Of a stretch of DNA of 64,000 nt, positions 29,674 through 40,676 are shown piece by piece. Every line of letters begins with the position of its first letter. Within the stretch, counting starts at the first letter, position 1. The notes under the pieces are model-generated. The model was not told the DNA's origin. It was given only the letters and a program-made list of their open reading frames with translations, and did not search any database. The position numbers were made by a program, and so were the translations under genes. The DNA lies in the NCBI GenBank assembly GCA_035530575.1, contig DATKUP010000170.1:72440-136439 (forward strand). Reading direction: 5' to 3'. The stretch comes from Thiobacillus sp. GTDB lineage: Bacteria; Pseudomonadota; Gammaproteobacteria; Burkholderiales; Thiobacillaceae.

Positions 29674-30519
29674 ATGAAACAAAAAATCATTATGAAACTG
29701 CTGGCAGGGATGGCTGGCCTTGGCATCGCATTGGGCGCAGCCAGCGTGCACGCTTCGCCCGAGAAGGACCGGCAGGAATTGATCAAGTACTACATGAACA
29801 AATATCCCGACGTCAAGGTCGAGGATTACGTCTACGGCGCGCTGGCATTCGACGCCGACAGCAAGGCGCAGTACGACGCCATCATGGAATTCCCGCCTTA
29901 CGATTCGGAAATCGACAAGGGCCGCAAGATGTGGGAAACCCCGTTCAAAAACGGCAAGACGTATGCGAACTGTCTGCCCAACGGCGGCAAGCACATCGCC
30001 GGCAACTACCCCCTGTTCGACGAGGCCAAGGGCAAGGTCGTCACGCTGCACGATGCTATCAACGACTGCCGCACGGCTAACGGCGAGGAAGCATTCAAGG
30101 TCGACGACATGAAGACCATGGGTCTGCTCACCGCCTACATGCGCACCCTGTCGGACGGCATGATGATGAACATCAAGGTCGAAGGCCCGAAGGCGATGGC
30201 CGCGTATGAAGACGGCAAGAAAACCTTCTTCAGCCGCAAGGGCCAGCTCAACTTCGCCTGTGCTACCTGCCATGTGCAGAACGCCGGCAACCATCTGCGT
30301 TCCGAACTAATCTCGCCCGTCATCGGCCATGCCGTGCACTGGCCGGTGTTCCGCGGCGGCGACAATCTGTTCACGCTGCAGCGGCGCTACCAGGGCTGCT
30401 TCAAGCAGGTCCGCGCGGTTCCCCCGCCACAGGGCGGCACCACGTTGAACAACCTGGAGTACTTCCACTCCGCGCTGTCGAACGGCCTGCCCCTGAAAGC
30501 CTCGGTGTTCCGCAAGTAA
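29674..30519 (+). CDS. soxA: L-cysteine S-thiosulfotransferase cytochrome subunit SoxA (single-heme type)
   Basis: Signal peptide, only one CxxCH (CATCH), conserved Cys in RRYQGCFKQVR. Confidence 0.88.
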   Translation: MKQKIIMKLLAGMAGLGIALGAASVHASPEKDRQELIKYYMNKYPDVKVEDYVYGALAFDADSKAQYDAIMEFPPYDSEIDKGRKMWETPFKNGKTYANCLPNGGKHIAGNYPLFDEAKGKVVTLHDAINDCRTANGEEAFKVDDMKTMGLLTAYMRTLSDGMMMNIKVEGPKAMAAYEDGKKTFFSRKGQLNFACATCHVQNAGNHLRSELISPVIGHAVHWPVFRGGDNLFTLQRRYQGCFKQVRAVPPPQGGTTLNNLEYFHSALSNGLPLKASVFRK

Positions 30520-30534
30520 ACTCAAGCAGGATAG

Positions 30535-30560
30535 AAAAAGCCCGGGCAACCGGGCTTTTT
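30535..30560 (+). terminator. hairpin + T-run between soxA and soxB
   Basis: aaaaa-gcccgg-gcaa-ccgggc-ttttt. Confidence 0.7.
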
Positions 30561-30680
30561 CTATTTCGCTCGCGCACAAAAAACCCGGGGGCATGAGCCG
30601 GAGCTACCATTTACGGACAATCTGCCAGTATCGACAATACTGAAAAACATCACGCATCATTCATTTCCGAGGAAAGCCCC

Positions 30681-32423
30681 ATGCACATGAACCGTCGCGA
30701 GTTTCTGCAATTGCTGGCTGTCGCCGCCGCGTCCGGGATGGCGCTTGACAGCAAGTCCGCCTTGGCCGGCAAGGCGCCCGCCAGCTTCTACGATGTGCCG
30801 CGCCATGGCAACGTCTCGTTCCTGCACTTCACCGACTGTCATGCGCAGCTGCTGCCGGTGTGGTTCCGCGAACCCAATGTCAACCTTGGCATCGGCAGCA
30901 CCTTCGGCAAGGCGCCCCACCTGGTCGGCCAGCACCTGCTGAAACAATACGGAATCAAGCCCGGCAGCGCCGAAGCCCACGCCTTTACCTACCTCGACTT
31001 CACCGAGGCCGCCAGGGTCTACGGCAAGGTCGGCGGCTTTGCCCACCTGAAAACCCTGGTCGACAAGATGCGTACGCAGCGCCCGGGCGCGCTGCTGCTG
31101 GATGGCGGCGACACCTGGCAGGGTTCGGCCACCTCGTTGTGGACCAATGCGCAGGACATGGTCGATGCCTGCATCCTGCTCGGCGTGGACACCATGACGT
31201 CGCACTGGGAAGCGATGTTTGGCGCCGACCGTTTCATGGAAATCGTCAACAACGATTTCAAGAAAGCCAATATTGATTTCGTCGCACAGAACGTCGTCAC
31301 CAACGACTTCGGCGACCAGGTGTTCAAGCCTTACGTCATGAAGGAAATGAACGGCGTGAAGCTCGCCATCGTCGGTCAGGCCTTCCCCTACACCCCGATC
31401 GCCAATCCGCGCTACCACGTGCCGGACTGGAGCTTCGGCATCCGCGACGACGGCATGCAGAAATGGGTGGATGAGGCGCGCGCCCAAGGCGCCAAAGTCG
31501 TGATCGTGCTCTCACATAACGGCATGGACGTGGATCTCAAGATGGCCAGCCGCGTCACCGGCATCGACGCCATTTTCGGCGGCCACACTCACGACGGCGT
31601 GCCGCAGCCGGTGAAGATCAAGAACGCCAAGGGCATCACGCTGGTGACCAATGCGGGCTCCAATGGCAAGTTCCTCGGCGTAATGGATTTCGATGTTCGC
31701 GGCGGCAAAGTGCAAAGCTACAAATACCGCCTGCTGCCGGTGTTCTCCAACCTGCTGCCGGCCGATCCGGCCATGGACGCGCATATCAAGAAAGTACGCG
31801 CGCCCTACGAGGCCGAGCTCAGCGAGAAACTCGCCGTCACCGACGACTTCCTGTACCGGCGCGGCAACTTCAACGGCACCTGGGACCAGTTGCTGGTCGA
31901 TGCGCTGATGGAGGTCAAGGGCGCGGACGCCGCTTTCTCGCCCGGCTTCCGCTGGGGCACCACACTGTTGCCGGGCGAAGCCATCACCATGGAGCGCCTG
32001 ATGGACCAGACCGCGATCACCTACCCGCAGACCACGCTGAACGAGATGACCGGCGAAGCCATCAAGACCATCATGGAAGATGTCGCCGACAATCTGTTCA
32101 ATACCGACCCGTACTACCAGCAGGGCGGCGACATGGTGCGCGTCGGCGGCATCGAGTACACCATCGCCCCGACCAGGAAAATCGGTCAGCGCATCAGCAA
32201 CATGACCATCAAGGGCAAGCCGGTCGATGCCAACAAGACCTACAAGGTCGCTGGCTGGGCGCCGGTGGCTGAGGGCGCGCAGGGCGAGCCGGTGTGGGAC
32301 GTCGTCGCCAGCTACCTGCGCGACAAGAAGGTGATCAAGGGCTTGAAGCTGAACGAACCCAAAATCATCGGGGTCGGCAAATCCAACCCGGGCATTGCGG
32401 ACTATAAGGGCAGCGTGTCCTGA
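30681..32423 (+). CDS. soxB: thiosulfohydrolase SoxB
   Basis: Tat leader NRREFLQLLAVAAASG. Binuclear metallophosphoesterase motifs (DCHAQL, GGDTWQGS, SHNG, GGHTHD). 5'-nucleotidase-like C-terminal domain. Confidence 0.93.
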   Translation: MHMNRREFLQLLAVAAASGMALDSKSALAGKAPASFYDVPRHGNVSFLHFTDCHAQLLPVWFREPNVNLGIGSTFGKAPHLVGQHLLKQYGIKPGSAEAHAFTYLDFTEAARVYGKVGGFAHLKTLVDKMRTQRPGALLLDGGDTWQGSATSLWTNAQDMVDACILLGVDTMTSHWEAMFGADRFMEIVNNDFKKANIDFVAQNVVTNDFGDQVFKPYVMKEMNGVKLAIVGQAFPYTPIANPRYHVPDWSFGIRDDGMQKWVDEARAQGAKVVIVLSHNGMDVDLKMASRVTGIDAIFGGHTHDGVPQPVKIKNAKGITLVTNAGSNGKFLGVMDFDVRGGKVQSYKYRLLPVFSNLLPADPAMDAHIKKVRAPYEAELSEKLAVTDDFLYRRGNFNGTWDQLLVDALMEVKGADAAFSPGFRWGTTLLPGEAITMERLMDQTAITYPQTTLNEMTGEAIKTIMEDVADNLFNTDPYYQQGGDMVRVGGIEYTIAPTRKIGQRISNMTIKGKPVDANKTYKVAGWAPVAEGAQGEPVWDVVASYLRDKKVIKGLKLNEPKIIGVGKSNPGIADYKGSVS

Positions 32424-32443
32424 TTCCGGCGCCGGAGGAAGTT

Positions 32444-32469
32444 AAAAAGGGGCGCGCGCCCCTTTTTTT
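32444..32469 (+). terminator. rho-independent terminator after soxB
   Basis: aaaaa-ggggcgc-gcgcccc-ttttttt. Confidence 0.85.
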
Positions 32470-32891
32470 ATGGCTCTTTCACCGTTATTTGTTGATGTTG
32501 GCCAGCCCCGCAGGAGCGGTCTGCGGGATGCCGCAGGGTAGGGGCTTCATCAGAGGGGGCAAGACATGACTTCAACAGCCAACAGTGACATAGCCTTTTT
32601 TATATTTCAATAAAACGTCGGCCAGCGGCACATGGCGCCGTACCCGGCTGCGGAGTTGTTGCCGCCGCATCCAGCGGCAACGCGCCGAACGGCGCCAAGC
32701 GCGCCCCCGCCAAACCTCATCACGCCTACCGCACTGTCCCGTTAATGCAACAGGCAAATTTTCATCTTTACAAAACATGCACTGCCAATATATATTTGGG
32801 TCTCGATAGCTGAGATTGGTGCAGGCAGGTGGGAGTGCGCACTGACAAGCGATTCGTACCCAACCCAAGCATACGAAAGGGACTCAACCAA

Positions 32892-34731
<1,840 letters not shown>

Positions 34732-34763
34732 GCCTGATCGTCTGCCCGGCTCGCCGGGCAGAC

Positions 34764-35369
34764 ATGGGGGTCGTCTTGAACGTCTCAATATCTCTTCCGG
34801 CACCACATGGCAACCGCCGCGATCCTCCCGGCGATCTTGCGATATGGTTCTTTATCCTCGCCGAATTGCTGGTATTCGGCGTTTTCTTTCTGGCGTACGC
34901 GTTTGCCCGTACGCACGATGTCGAATTGTTCAATGCGTCGCAACTGGAGCTGGACCGGACCAGTGGCTTCATCAACACCATGCTGCTGATCTCCGGCAGC
35001 TATTTCGTGGTGCTTGCCGTCGATCGAATCCGGCATGGTCATCCCCGCGCCTGCACCCGCTTGCTGATCGCCGCCATGGCATGCGGTGCTGCGTTTCTCG
35101 TGCTCAAACTGGTCGAATTCAGCGGCAAGATCGAAGCCGGCATCAACATGTCGACCAACACTTTCTACATGTTTTACCTGGGCCTCGGGTTTTTTCACTT
35201 CATGCATGTCGTGCTCGGCATGGTCATCCTCGGCGCCGTTACGCACAAAGCATGGCGCGGCGGCTACCATGCAACCGACTATGCGGGCGTCGAAACCGGC
35301 GCCGCGTACTGGCACATGGTCGACCTGGTGTGGATTGTGCTGTTCCCCTTGATTTACCTATTGAACTGA
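34764..35369 (+). CDS. norE: cytochrome oxidase subunit III-like accessory protein NorE
   Basis: 201-aa, 5-TM CoxIII-family protein directly after norB. Confidence 0.75.
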   Translation: MGVVLNVSISLPAPHGNRRDPPGDLAIWFFILAELLVFGVFFLAYAFARTHDVELFNASQLELDRTSGFINTMLLISGSYFVVLAVDRIRHGHPRACTRLLIAAMACGAAFLVLKLVEFSGKIEAGINMSTNTFYMFYLGLGFFHFMHVVLGMVILGAVTHKAWRGGYHATDYAGVETGAAYWHMVDLVWIVLFPLIYLLN

Positions 35370-35373
35370 CGTC

Positions 35374-35622
35374 ATGAAAGCAGCCACTTTCAATTGGTTG
35401 ATCCTCTTAGCACTCACCGTGCTGAGCTTCGGCGTGACCAAAGCTGGCGTGCCCGGCAGCGCGGCCCTGGTTCCGGTGCTGCTGGCGACGCTGTTCAAGG
35501 GCCGCATCGTGATCGACCGCTTCATGGCGCTGCAGGGCGTGGGCGGAGCCTGGCGCTGGGTCGTTCTTGGCTGGCTGCTGCTGGTGCTGGGCCTGATCGG
35601 CTATGCGTTCCGGCACGCGTAA
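35374..35622 (+). CDS. small 3-TM membrane protein (NorF-like / prokaryotic cytochrome oxidase subunit IV-like)
   Basis: 82 aa, hydrophobic. Starts 5 nt after the norE stop. Confidence 0.55.
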   Translation: MKAATFNWLILLALTVLSFGVTKAGVPGSAALVPVLLATLFKGRIVIDRFMALQGVGGAWRWVVLGWLLLVLGLIGYAFRHA

Positions 35623-35641
35623 ACTTAACCGAAGAAATCCC

Positions 35642-36457
35642 ATGAACGACCTCACCACACCCGGCCTGGCGGCCACCCTGAATGTCCCCTTCTACCAGCC
35701 CGTCGGCAACGAGTGCGCGCTGTTCGAATACGCTTTCCGCAACCGCCTGCCGCTCTTGATCAAGGGCCCGACCGGCTGCGGCAAGACGCGTTTTGTCGCG
35801 CACATGGCGGCGCGCCTGACGCGTCCACTGATCACGGTGTCGTGCCACGACGACTTGACCGCAGCCGACCTGGTGGGACGCCACCTGATCGGCGACGGCC
35901 AGACGGTATGGTCGGATGGCCCGCTCACACGCGCGGTGCGCCAGGGCGGCATCTGCTACCTGGACGAAGTGGTGGAAGCGCGCAAGGACACCACGGTCGT
36001 ACTGCACCCACTGACCGACGACCGGCGCATTTTGCCGATCGAGCGCACCGGCGAGGAATTGCACGCGCCGGACGAGTTCATGCTGGTGGTGTCCTACAAT
36101 CCCGGCTACCAGAACCTGCTGAAAAGCCTGAAACCGTCCACGCGCCAGCGCTTCGTCGCGATCAATTTCGGCTTTCCGCCGGCCGCGCTGGAGCAAAAGA
36201 TCGTGATTGCCGAAACCGGCGCCGCGCCGTTGCTGGCCACGCAACTCGTCACGCTGGCCGGCCACTTCCGGCAGCTCAAGGATCACGATCTGGAAGAAGC
36301 CGCCTCAACCCGGCTGCTGGTGTATGCGGCAAGCCTGATCGGCGCAGGCTGCGACCCGGTCGCCGCCTGCGAAGCGGCGCTGGTGGAGCCGCTGACCGAC
36401 GACCCCGACACGGCACAAGCCCTGCTCGAAGTCATCAAGGCGACCTTCGGGCAATGA
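35642..36457 (+). CDS. norQ: NorQ, MoxR/CbbQ-type AAA+ ATPase
   Basis: Walker A GPTGCGKT, Walker B ICYLDEV. 271 aa. Start at the ATG at 35642 (MNDLTTPG). Confidence 0.9.
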   Translation: MNDLTTPGLAATLNVPFYQPVGNECALFEYAFRNRLPLLIKGPTGCGKTRFVAHMAARLTRPLITVSCHDDLTAADLVGRHLIGDGQTVWSDGPLTRAVRQGGICYLDEVVEARKDTTVVLHPLTDDRRILPIERTGEELHAPDEFMLVVSYNPGYQNLLKSLKPSTRQRFVAINFGFPPAALEQKIVIAETGAAPLLATQLVTLAGHFRQLKDHDLEEAASTRLLVYAASLIGAGCDPVAACEAALVEPLTDDPDTAQALLEVIKATFGQ

Positions 36458-36834
36458 ACGATCCCCGCGACCCGCGCACGCATGCGGTGCAGGCCGAAGT
36501 GCTCTACCTGATCAACCTGTTGCTGGCGCCCGGTCTGGCATTTCTGCTCCTGCTGGGGCTCGCCTACCGGCATCGCGCGAGCGCCAACCCGCTCACCCGT
36601 TGCCATCTGCGCCAGACCGTGACGGCCAGCATAGGTGCCGGCCTGCTGCTGACCATGGTGCCGGCCATCATCGTGCTGGCCGCCGGCCTCGACCACCCGG
36701 CGACATGGGTGCTGCTGGTGCTGTATGTGCTGTGCTGCCATGCGATGCTGGTGCTGCTGGGCGTACTTGGCCTTTCCCGTGCGATCGCCGGCAAGACCTT
36801 TGTCTATCCCCTGCTGGGACGCCGCACGTGGTAG
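36454..36834 (+). CDS. small polytopic membrane protein of unknown function
   Basis: 126 aa, MNDPRDPRTHAVQAEVLYLINLLLAPGLAFLLLLGLAY..., 3-4 TM. ATGA overlap with the norQ stop. Only visible as the 3' part of track ORF 35713..36834. Confidence 0.55.
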   Translation: MNDPRDPRTHAVQAEVLYLINLLLAPGLAFLLLLGLAYRHRASANPLTRCHLRQTVTASIGAGLLLTMVPAIIVLAAGLDHPATWVLLVLYVLCCHAMLVLLGVLGLSRAIAGKTFVYPLLGRRTW

Positions 36835-37874
36835 GCGTCCAGGCCCAGGCGGCTTCCGCAATCCGTGCCGGCGTTGCGCGCAAAACGCGCGGCTGGCTTG
36901 GGGTGCCGGTACAGCGCTGGCGCCAACTGACCCAGGTCGGATTTCTTATCCTGTTCGTGTGCGCGCCGATCTTCGACATTTTCCGGCTCGACCTCAATCT
37001 CAAGCATTTCATCCTGTTCGGCTTCGACTGGACGCTTGGGCTGGATGACTTCCTCGTCGGCCGCGCTTCGGTCGGCGAGGCTTCGCTGAACATCGTGCTG
37101 CGCGGCTTTCTGCCGTTGCTCGCGGTTGGCGGCACGCTGATCTACGTCAGCTGGAAATGGGGCCGCCTCTATTGCGGCTGGCTCTGCCCGCATTTCTCGA
37201 TCGTCGAAACCATCAACCAGACGCTGCGACGCGCGATCGGCAAGCAAAGCCTGTGGGAGAAGAAGCCGCAGCCGGCGCGTAACCCCGATGGCAGCGAAAC
37301 CCGTCGCGACGCGCTATGGTGGTTTGCCGTGATTCCGCTGGTCATCGCCTGTGCGATGCTGTGGGCCGTGGTGCTGCTGACCTACCTGCTGCCGCCGGCC
37401 GAGGTGTACGGCAACCTCTGGCATGGCACGCTGACGCGCAATCAGGCGATTTTCCTGGGCGCGGGCGGCGTCGCTTTCTTCGTTGAATTCATGTTTGCGC
37501 GCCACCTGTTCTGCCGCTATGCCTGTGCAGTCGGGCTGTTCCAGAGCCTGGCGTGGATGAGCAACGACAAGGCGATGGTGATCGGCTTCAAGCGCGAGCG
37601 TGCCAAGGATTGCTCGAGTTGTTATTCGGCCTGCGACCATGTGTGCCCGATGCGCCTGAATCCGCGCAACGTCAAGCGCATGATGTTCGCCTGCGTGCAG
37701 TGCGGCCAGTGCGTCGATGCCTGCGACCATACGATGGAGGGCAATCCGAACGGCTCGCTGCTGAACTGGGTGAACGACCTGCGCGCCGAATCCGAGGCCG
37801 CGTTCAACGTCCGCGCCGCCCGCGCCGCGCCGGTCAGGCACGTCGTCAACGTCGTCGCGAAGGCACAGAGATAG
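36828..37874 (+). CDS. membrane-bound polyferredoxin, NapH/CcoG(FixG)/NosH-like
   Basis: GTG start overlapping the preceding stop. TM helices carrying CGWLCP and CRYAC (Cx3C) motifs, plus two ferredoxin-type clusters, CSSCYSACDHVCP and CVQCGQCVDAC. Confidence 0.7.
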   Translation: MVGVQAQAASAIRAGVARKTRGWLGVPVQRWRQLTQVGFLILFVCAPIFDIFRLDLNLKHFILFGFDWTLGLDDFLVGRASVGEASLNIVLRGFLPLLAVGGTLIYVSWKWGRLYCGWLCPHFSIVETINQTLRRAIGKQSLWEKKPQPARNPDGSETRRDALWWFAVIPLVIACAMLWAVVLLTYLLPPAEVYGNLWHGTLTRNQAIFLGAGGVAFFVEFMFARHLFCRYACAVGLFQSLAWMSNDKAMVIGFKRERAKDCSSCYSACDHVCPMRLNPRNVKRMMFACVQCGQCVDACDHTMEGNPNGSLLNWVNDLRAESEAAFNVRAARAAPVRHVVNVVAKAQR

Positions 37875-37875
37875 C

Positions 37876-39714
37876 ATGGAAGAGTTCGTCGGCAACCTGT
37901 GGGACAAACTGATCACGCGTACCGCGTATCGCGGCTTTCCGAAAGCGCGCATCGATCTGAAGGAAATCGAACGCATTGCACCGGTCTTCTTTCGCGCCCT
38001 CGGCGGCGACGCCGGCCTGACGCTGCGTACCGGCACCGCGACCGCGCACGGCGCGCGCCGCAAATGGCTTGAGCGCGTGGCCGGCGTCGGTGAAAAACAG
38101 GAGCTGGCCTGGACCGACGACAGCGCACTCTACCTGCCCGCGTCGATCGACGTTTTCCCGGAACGCGCCCAGAACCGCGAGCTGTACCTGTGGCTGCTGG
38201 CGCTGGCCGCGCACGACGTGGCGCCCGATGCAGCGTGGATTGTGCGCAACCAGCAGGCCACCCGCGCGACCCTGGATGCGCTGCCGGGTCTGGCCCGGCG
38301 TTATCGCGAACTGGTGGCTGCCGCGCTCGCCCTGCGTCCCGACCCGGCCAGACTGAACGGGCCGGAGCGGGCTGCGGAAGAGGCGATTCGCGCCGCGTTG
38401 AACGAACCCGGCTCGGTCGAAACCTTCGAGCCGGGCAAACTGCCACCGGCACCCGTATCCTTATGGCTGCACCCACAGCCGCCCGGCGGCCCCGGCAAGC
38501 AGCGCCAGGCCGGCGACAAGGCGCCGCCGCCGCCCGATTCCAGGTCGACAGACAGCCGCGACAAGCGCAAGCGGCGTGCTGAGCGGGTCGACATGCCGCA
38601 GGCGACCAACCCCTTCATGCTGCTGTTTCGCGCCGAAAGCCTGTTTTCCTGGGCCGAATTCATCAAGGTCGACCGTCCGCTCGACGAAGATGAAAACGAG
38701 CACGCGGAAAAGGCCGCCAACGACCTCGACATCCTCAGCATCGCCGACGACGACCAGACCGCGGCCAGCCGGGTGCGCTTCGACCTCGATCTGCCGGCCG
38801 AGGCCGACGACGACCTGATACTGGCCGACGGCATCCTGCTGCCGGAATGGGACTGCCGCAAGCAGCAGCTTCTGCCCGCGCATTGCCGCCTGCAGATGCT
38901 GCTCGCGCGCGATGCCGAGCCGTGCGCATTGCCGCTTGACCTGCGCGCGCCGGCCAAGCGCCTGCGTCAGCAATTCCAGGCGCTCACCACCCAGCGTACG
39001 CGCCTGCGCGCCCAGTTGTCCGGCAGCGACCTCGACATCGACGCCTGTGTGCGCTTTGCTACCGACAAGGCAGGCGGGGCACGCACGTCCGAGCCGGGGC
39101 TGTATGTCGACAGCCGCCAGCAGCAGCGCGACCTGTCCTGCCTGCTGCTGGCCGATCTGTCGCTTTCGACCGATGCCTGGGTCAACAACACGGCGCGCGT
39201 GATCGAGGTGATCCGCGACAGCCTGATGCTGTTCGGCGAAGCGCTGGCGGCGACCGGCGATCGCTTTGCGCTGTACGGATTTTCGTCGGTGCGCCGCGAC
39301 AACGTGCGTTTTCACCTGCTCAAGGGATTCGACGAGCGCTACAATGACCAGATTCGCGGCCGCCTCGCCGCCATCAAGCCCGGCTACTACACGCGCATGG
39401 GCGCTGCGATCCGCCATGCGACGGCAATCCTGTCGACGCGGAAAACGGCGCGCCGCCTGCTGCTGATCCTGACCGACGGCAAGCCGAACGACCTTGACAA
39501 GTACGAAGGCCGCTACGGGATCGAAGACACCCGCATAGCAATCATTGAAGCGCGTCGCCTGGGACTCACGCCATTTTGCGTGACCATCGACGAGACGGCC
39601 GGAGATTACCTGCCGCACCTGTTCGGCGCGGCGGGCTATGTGGTGGTGCGCGATGCGGCGATGCTGCCCCGCGTGCTGCCGAGCCTGTATGCAAGGCTTA
39701 CCGAAAACATCTGA
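37876..39714 (+). CDS. norD: NorD, von Willebrand factor A-domain accessory protein
   Basis: 612 aa, CbbO/NorD-like N-terminal region. C-terminal VWA with MIDAS LLLADLSLSTD and LILTDGKPND. Confidence 0.9.
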   Translation: MEEFVGNLWDKLITRTAYRGFPKARIDLKEIERIAPVFFRALGGDAGLTLRTGTATAHGARRKWLERVAGVGEKQELAWTDDSALYLPASIDVFPERAQNRELYLWLLALAAHDVAPDAAWIVRNQQATRATLDALPGLARRYRELVAAALALRPDPARLNGPERAAEEAIRAALNEPGSVETFEPGKLPPAPVSLWLHPQPPGGPGKQRQAGDKAPPPPDSRSTDSRDKRKRRAERVDMPQATNPFMLLFRAESLFSWAEFIKVDRPLDEDENEHAEKAANDLDILSIADDDQTAASRVRFDLDLPAEADDDLILADGILLPEWDCRKQQLLPAHCRLQMLLARDAEPCALPLDLRAPAKRLRQQFQALTTQRTRLRAQLSGSDLDIDACVRFATDKAGGARTSEPGLYVDSRQQQRDLSCLLLADLSLSTDAWVNNTARVIEVIRDSLMLFGEALAATGDRFALYGFSSVRRDNVRFHLLKGFDERYNDQIRGRLAAIKPGYYTRMGAAIRHATAILSTRKTARRLLLILTDGKPNDLDKYEGRYGIEDTRIAIIEARRLGLTPFCVTIDETAGDYLPHLFGAAGYVVVRDAAMLPRVLPSLYARLTENI

Positions 39715-39737
39715 TTTTTCTTAACCAAGGAGCAGAC

Positions 39738-39995
39738 ATGAAAACCGAGATTCTCGATATCGCCATCCCCATCAACGCCGAAACAGCCGAACGCGCCGGC
39801 GCAAGCCTGAAGGCGATCCCCGGCGTGCACGAGGTGTCGTTTCTCGACGCGCCGGCGCGCCTGTACGCCCGCATCGACGACGATGCGCCGACCCGGGCGG
39901 AACTGGTGGCGGTGCTCAACAAGGCCGGCGTGCTGGTCGAAGAGGCGCGGAAACCCCATGCGAGCGGCAGTTGCTGCGGCAGCTGCGGCGGCTAA
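39738..39995 (+). CDS. 85-aa HMA(ferredoxin-like)-fold protein lacking the N-terminal CxxC but ending in HASGSCCGSCGG-COOH
   Basis: AGGAG lies 7 nt before the ATG at 39738. Sequence: MKTEILDIAIPINAETAERAGASLKAIPGVHEVSFLDAPARLYARIDDDAPTRAELVAVLNKAGVLVEEARKPHASGSCCGSCGG. In frame within track ORF 39576..39995. Confidence 0.6.
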   Translation: MKTEILDIAIPINAETAERAGASLKAIPGVHEVSFLDAPARLYARIDDDAPTRAELVAVLNKAGVLVEEARKPHASGSCCGSCGG

Positions 39996-40034
39996 CCCCT
40001 ACCCGCTCGCGGCAGCGCTACCGGACATGAGGCG

Positions 40035-40586
40035 CTACTGCCTGGGTGGTCGCGCCCACAGGGCATTCCACCCTGCATGACCCAACGCCTCGAGTGTCTC
40101 GATATTGTGCGCATAAATCGTTTCCGCTTCGGGGAAGATCGCCACTGCGCGTTCGATGCTCGCCTCGCGTAGCAGGTGCAGGGTGGGAAACGGCGCACGG
40201 TTGGTAAAGTTGCCCATGTCGTCGGGAGCCGTCCCCTCGAACTGGAAGTGCGGGTGAAAACTGGCGAGCTGAATCACGCCTTCCAGTTCGTTCTCGCCTA
40301 CCGCCGCCTCGGCCAGCTGCAGAAAATCGTTGAAATCGGGAAAATCCGGCAGCAGTGTCGGGTGAATCAGCAGTGTCGTGTCGACCGCCTCGGGGTCGGC
40401 GGCAGCCAGAAAATCCAGCTCGCGGTCGAGATCTTCCAGCAGGCCGTCCAGATGCGGCGCATGGCTCACCACGAAGCGCACCTGGTTCTTCACGTAGACC
40501 GCCCTGGCGAACGGGCACAGGTTCAGCCCGATTACCGCCTTTTCAATCCATTGCCGCATCGCCGCGAGCACGTCGTCGTCGCTCAT
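40035..40586 (-). CDS. DUF1415-family protein
   Basis: 183 aa from MSDDDVLAAMRQWIEKAVIGLNLCPFA.... The upstream part of track ORF 40035..41231 is antisense to alaS and is rejected. Confidence 0.7.
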   Translation of the reverse strand: MSDDDVLAAMRQWIEKAVIGLNLCPFARAVYVKNQVRFVVSHAPHLDGLLEDLDRELDFLAAADPEAVDTTLLIHPTLLPDFPDFNDFLQLAEAAVGENELEGVIQLASFHPHFQFEGTAPDDMGNFTNRAPFPTLHLLREASIERAVAIFPEAETIYAHNIETLEALGHAGWNALWARPPRQ

Positions 40587-40676
40587 TTTCCCTGTCCCTG
40601 CTGCCTGTAAGGCCGGAACTTTAACGGATACAATCTCCAATTGTCCGACGTTCACGCCAGAATCCATCCCGCCACC

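Noticed and set aside
32470-32891. 420-bp soxB-norC intergenic region. I searched it by eye for FNR/DNR/NnrR boxes (TTGAT-N4-ATCAA) and NsrR-like palindromes. ORF 32572..32868 (minus strand) lies here.
   Set aside because: Only weak half-site matches (TTCATCTTTACAAA) and an imperfect AT-rich near-palindrome (CCAATATATATTTGG) were found, so no convincing operator can be claimed. The 98-aa ORF is Arg/Cys-rich with no RBS and is probably spurious.
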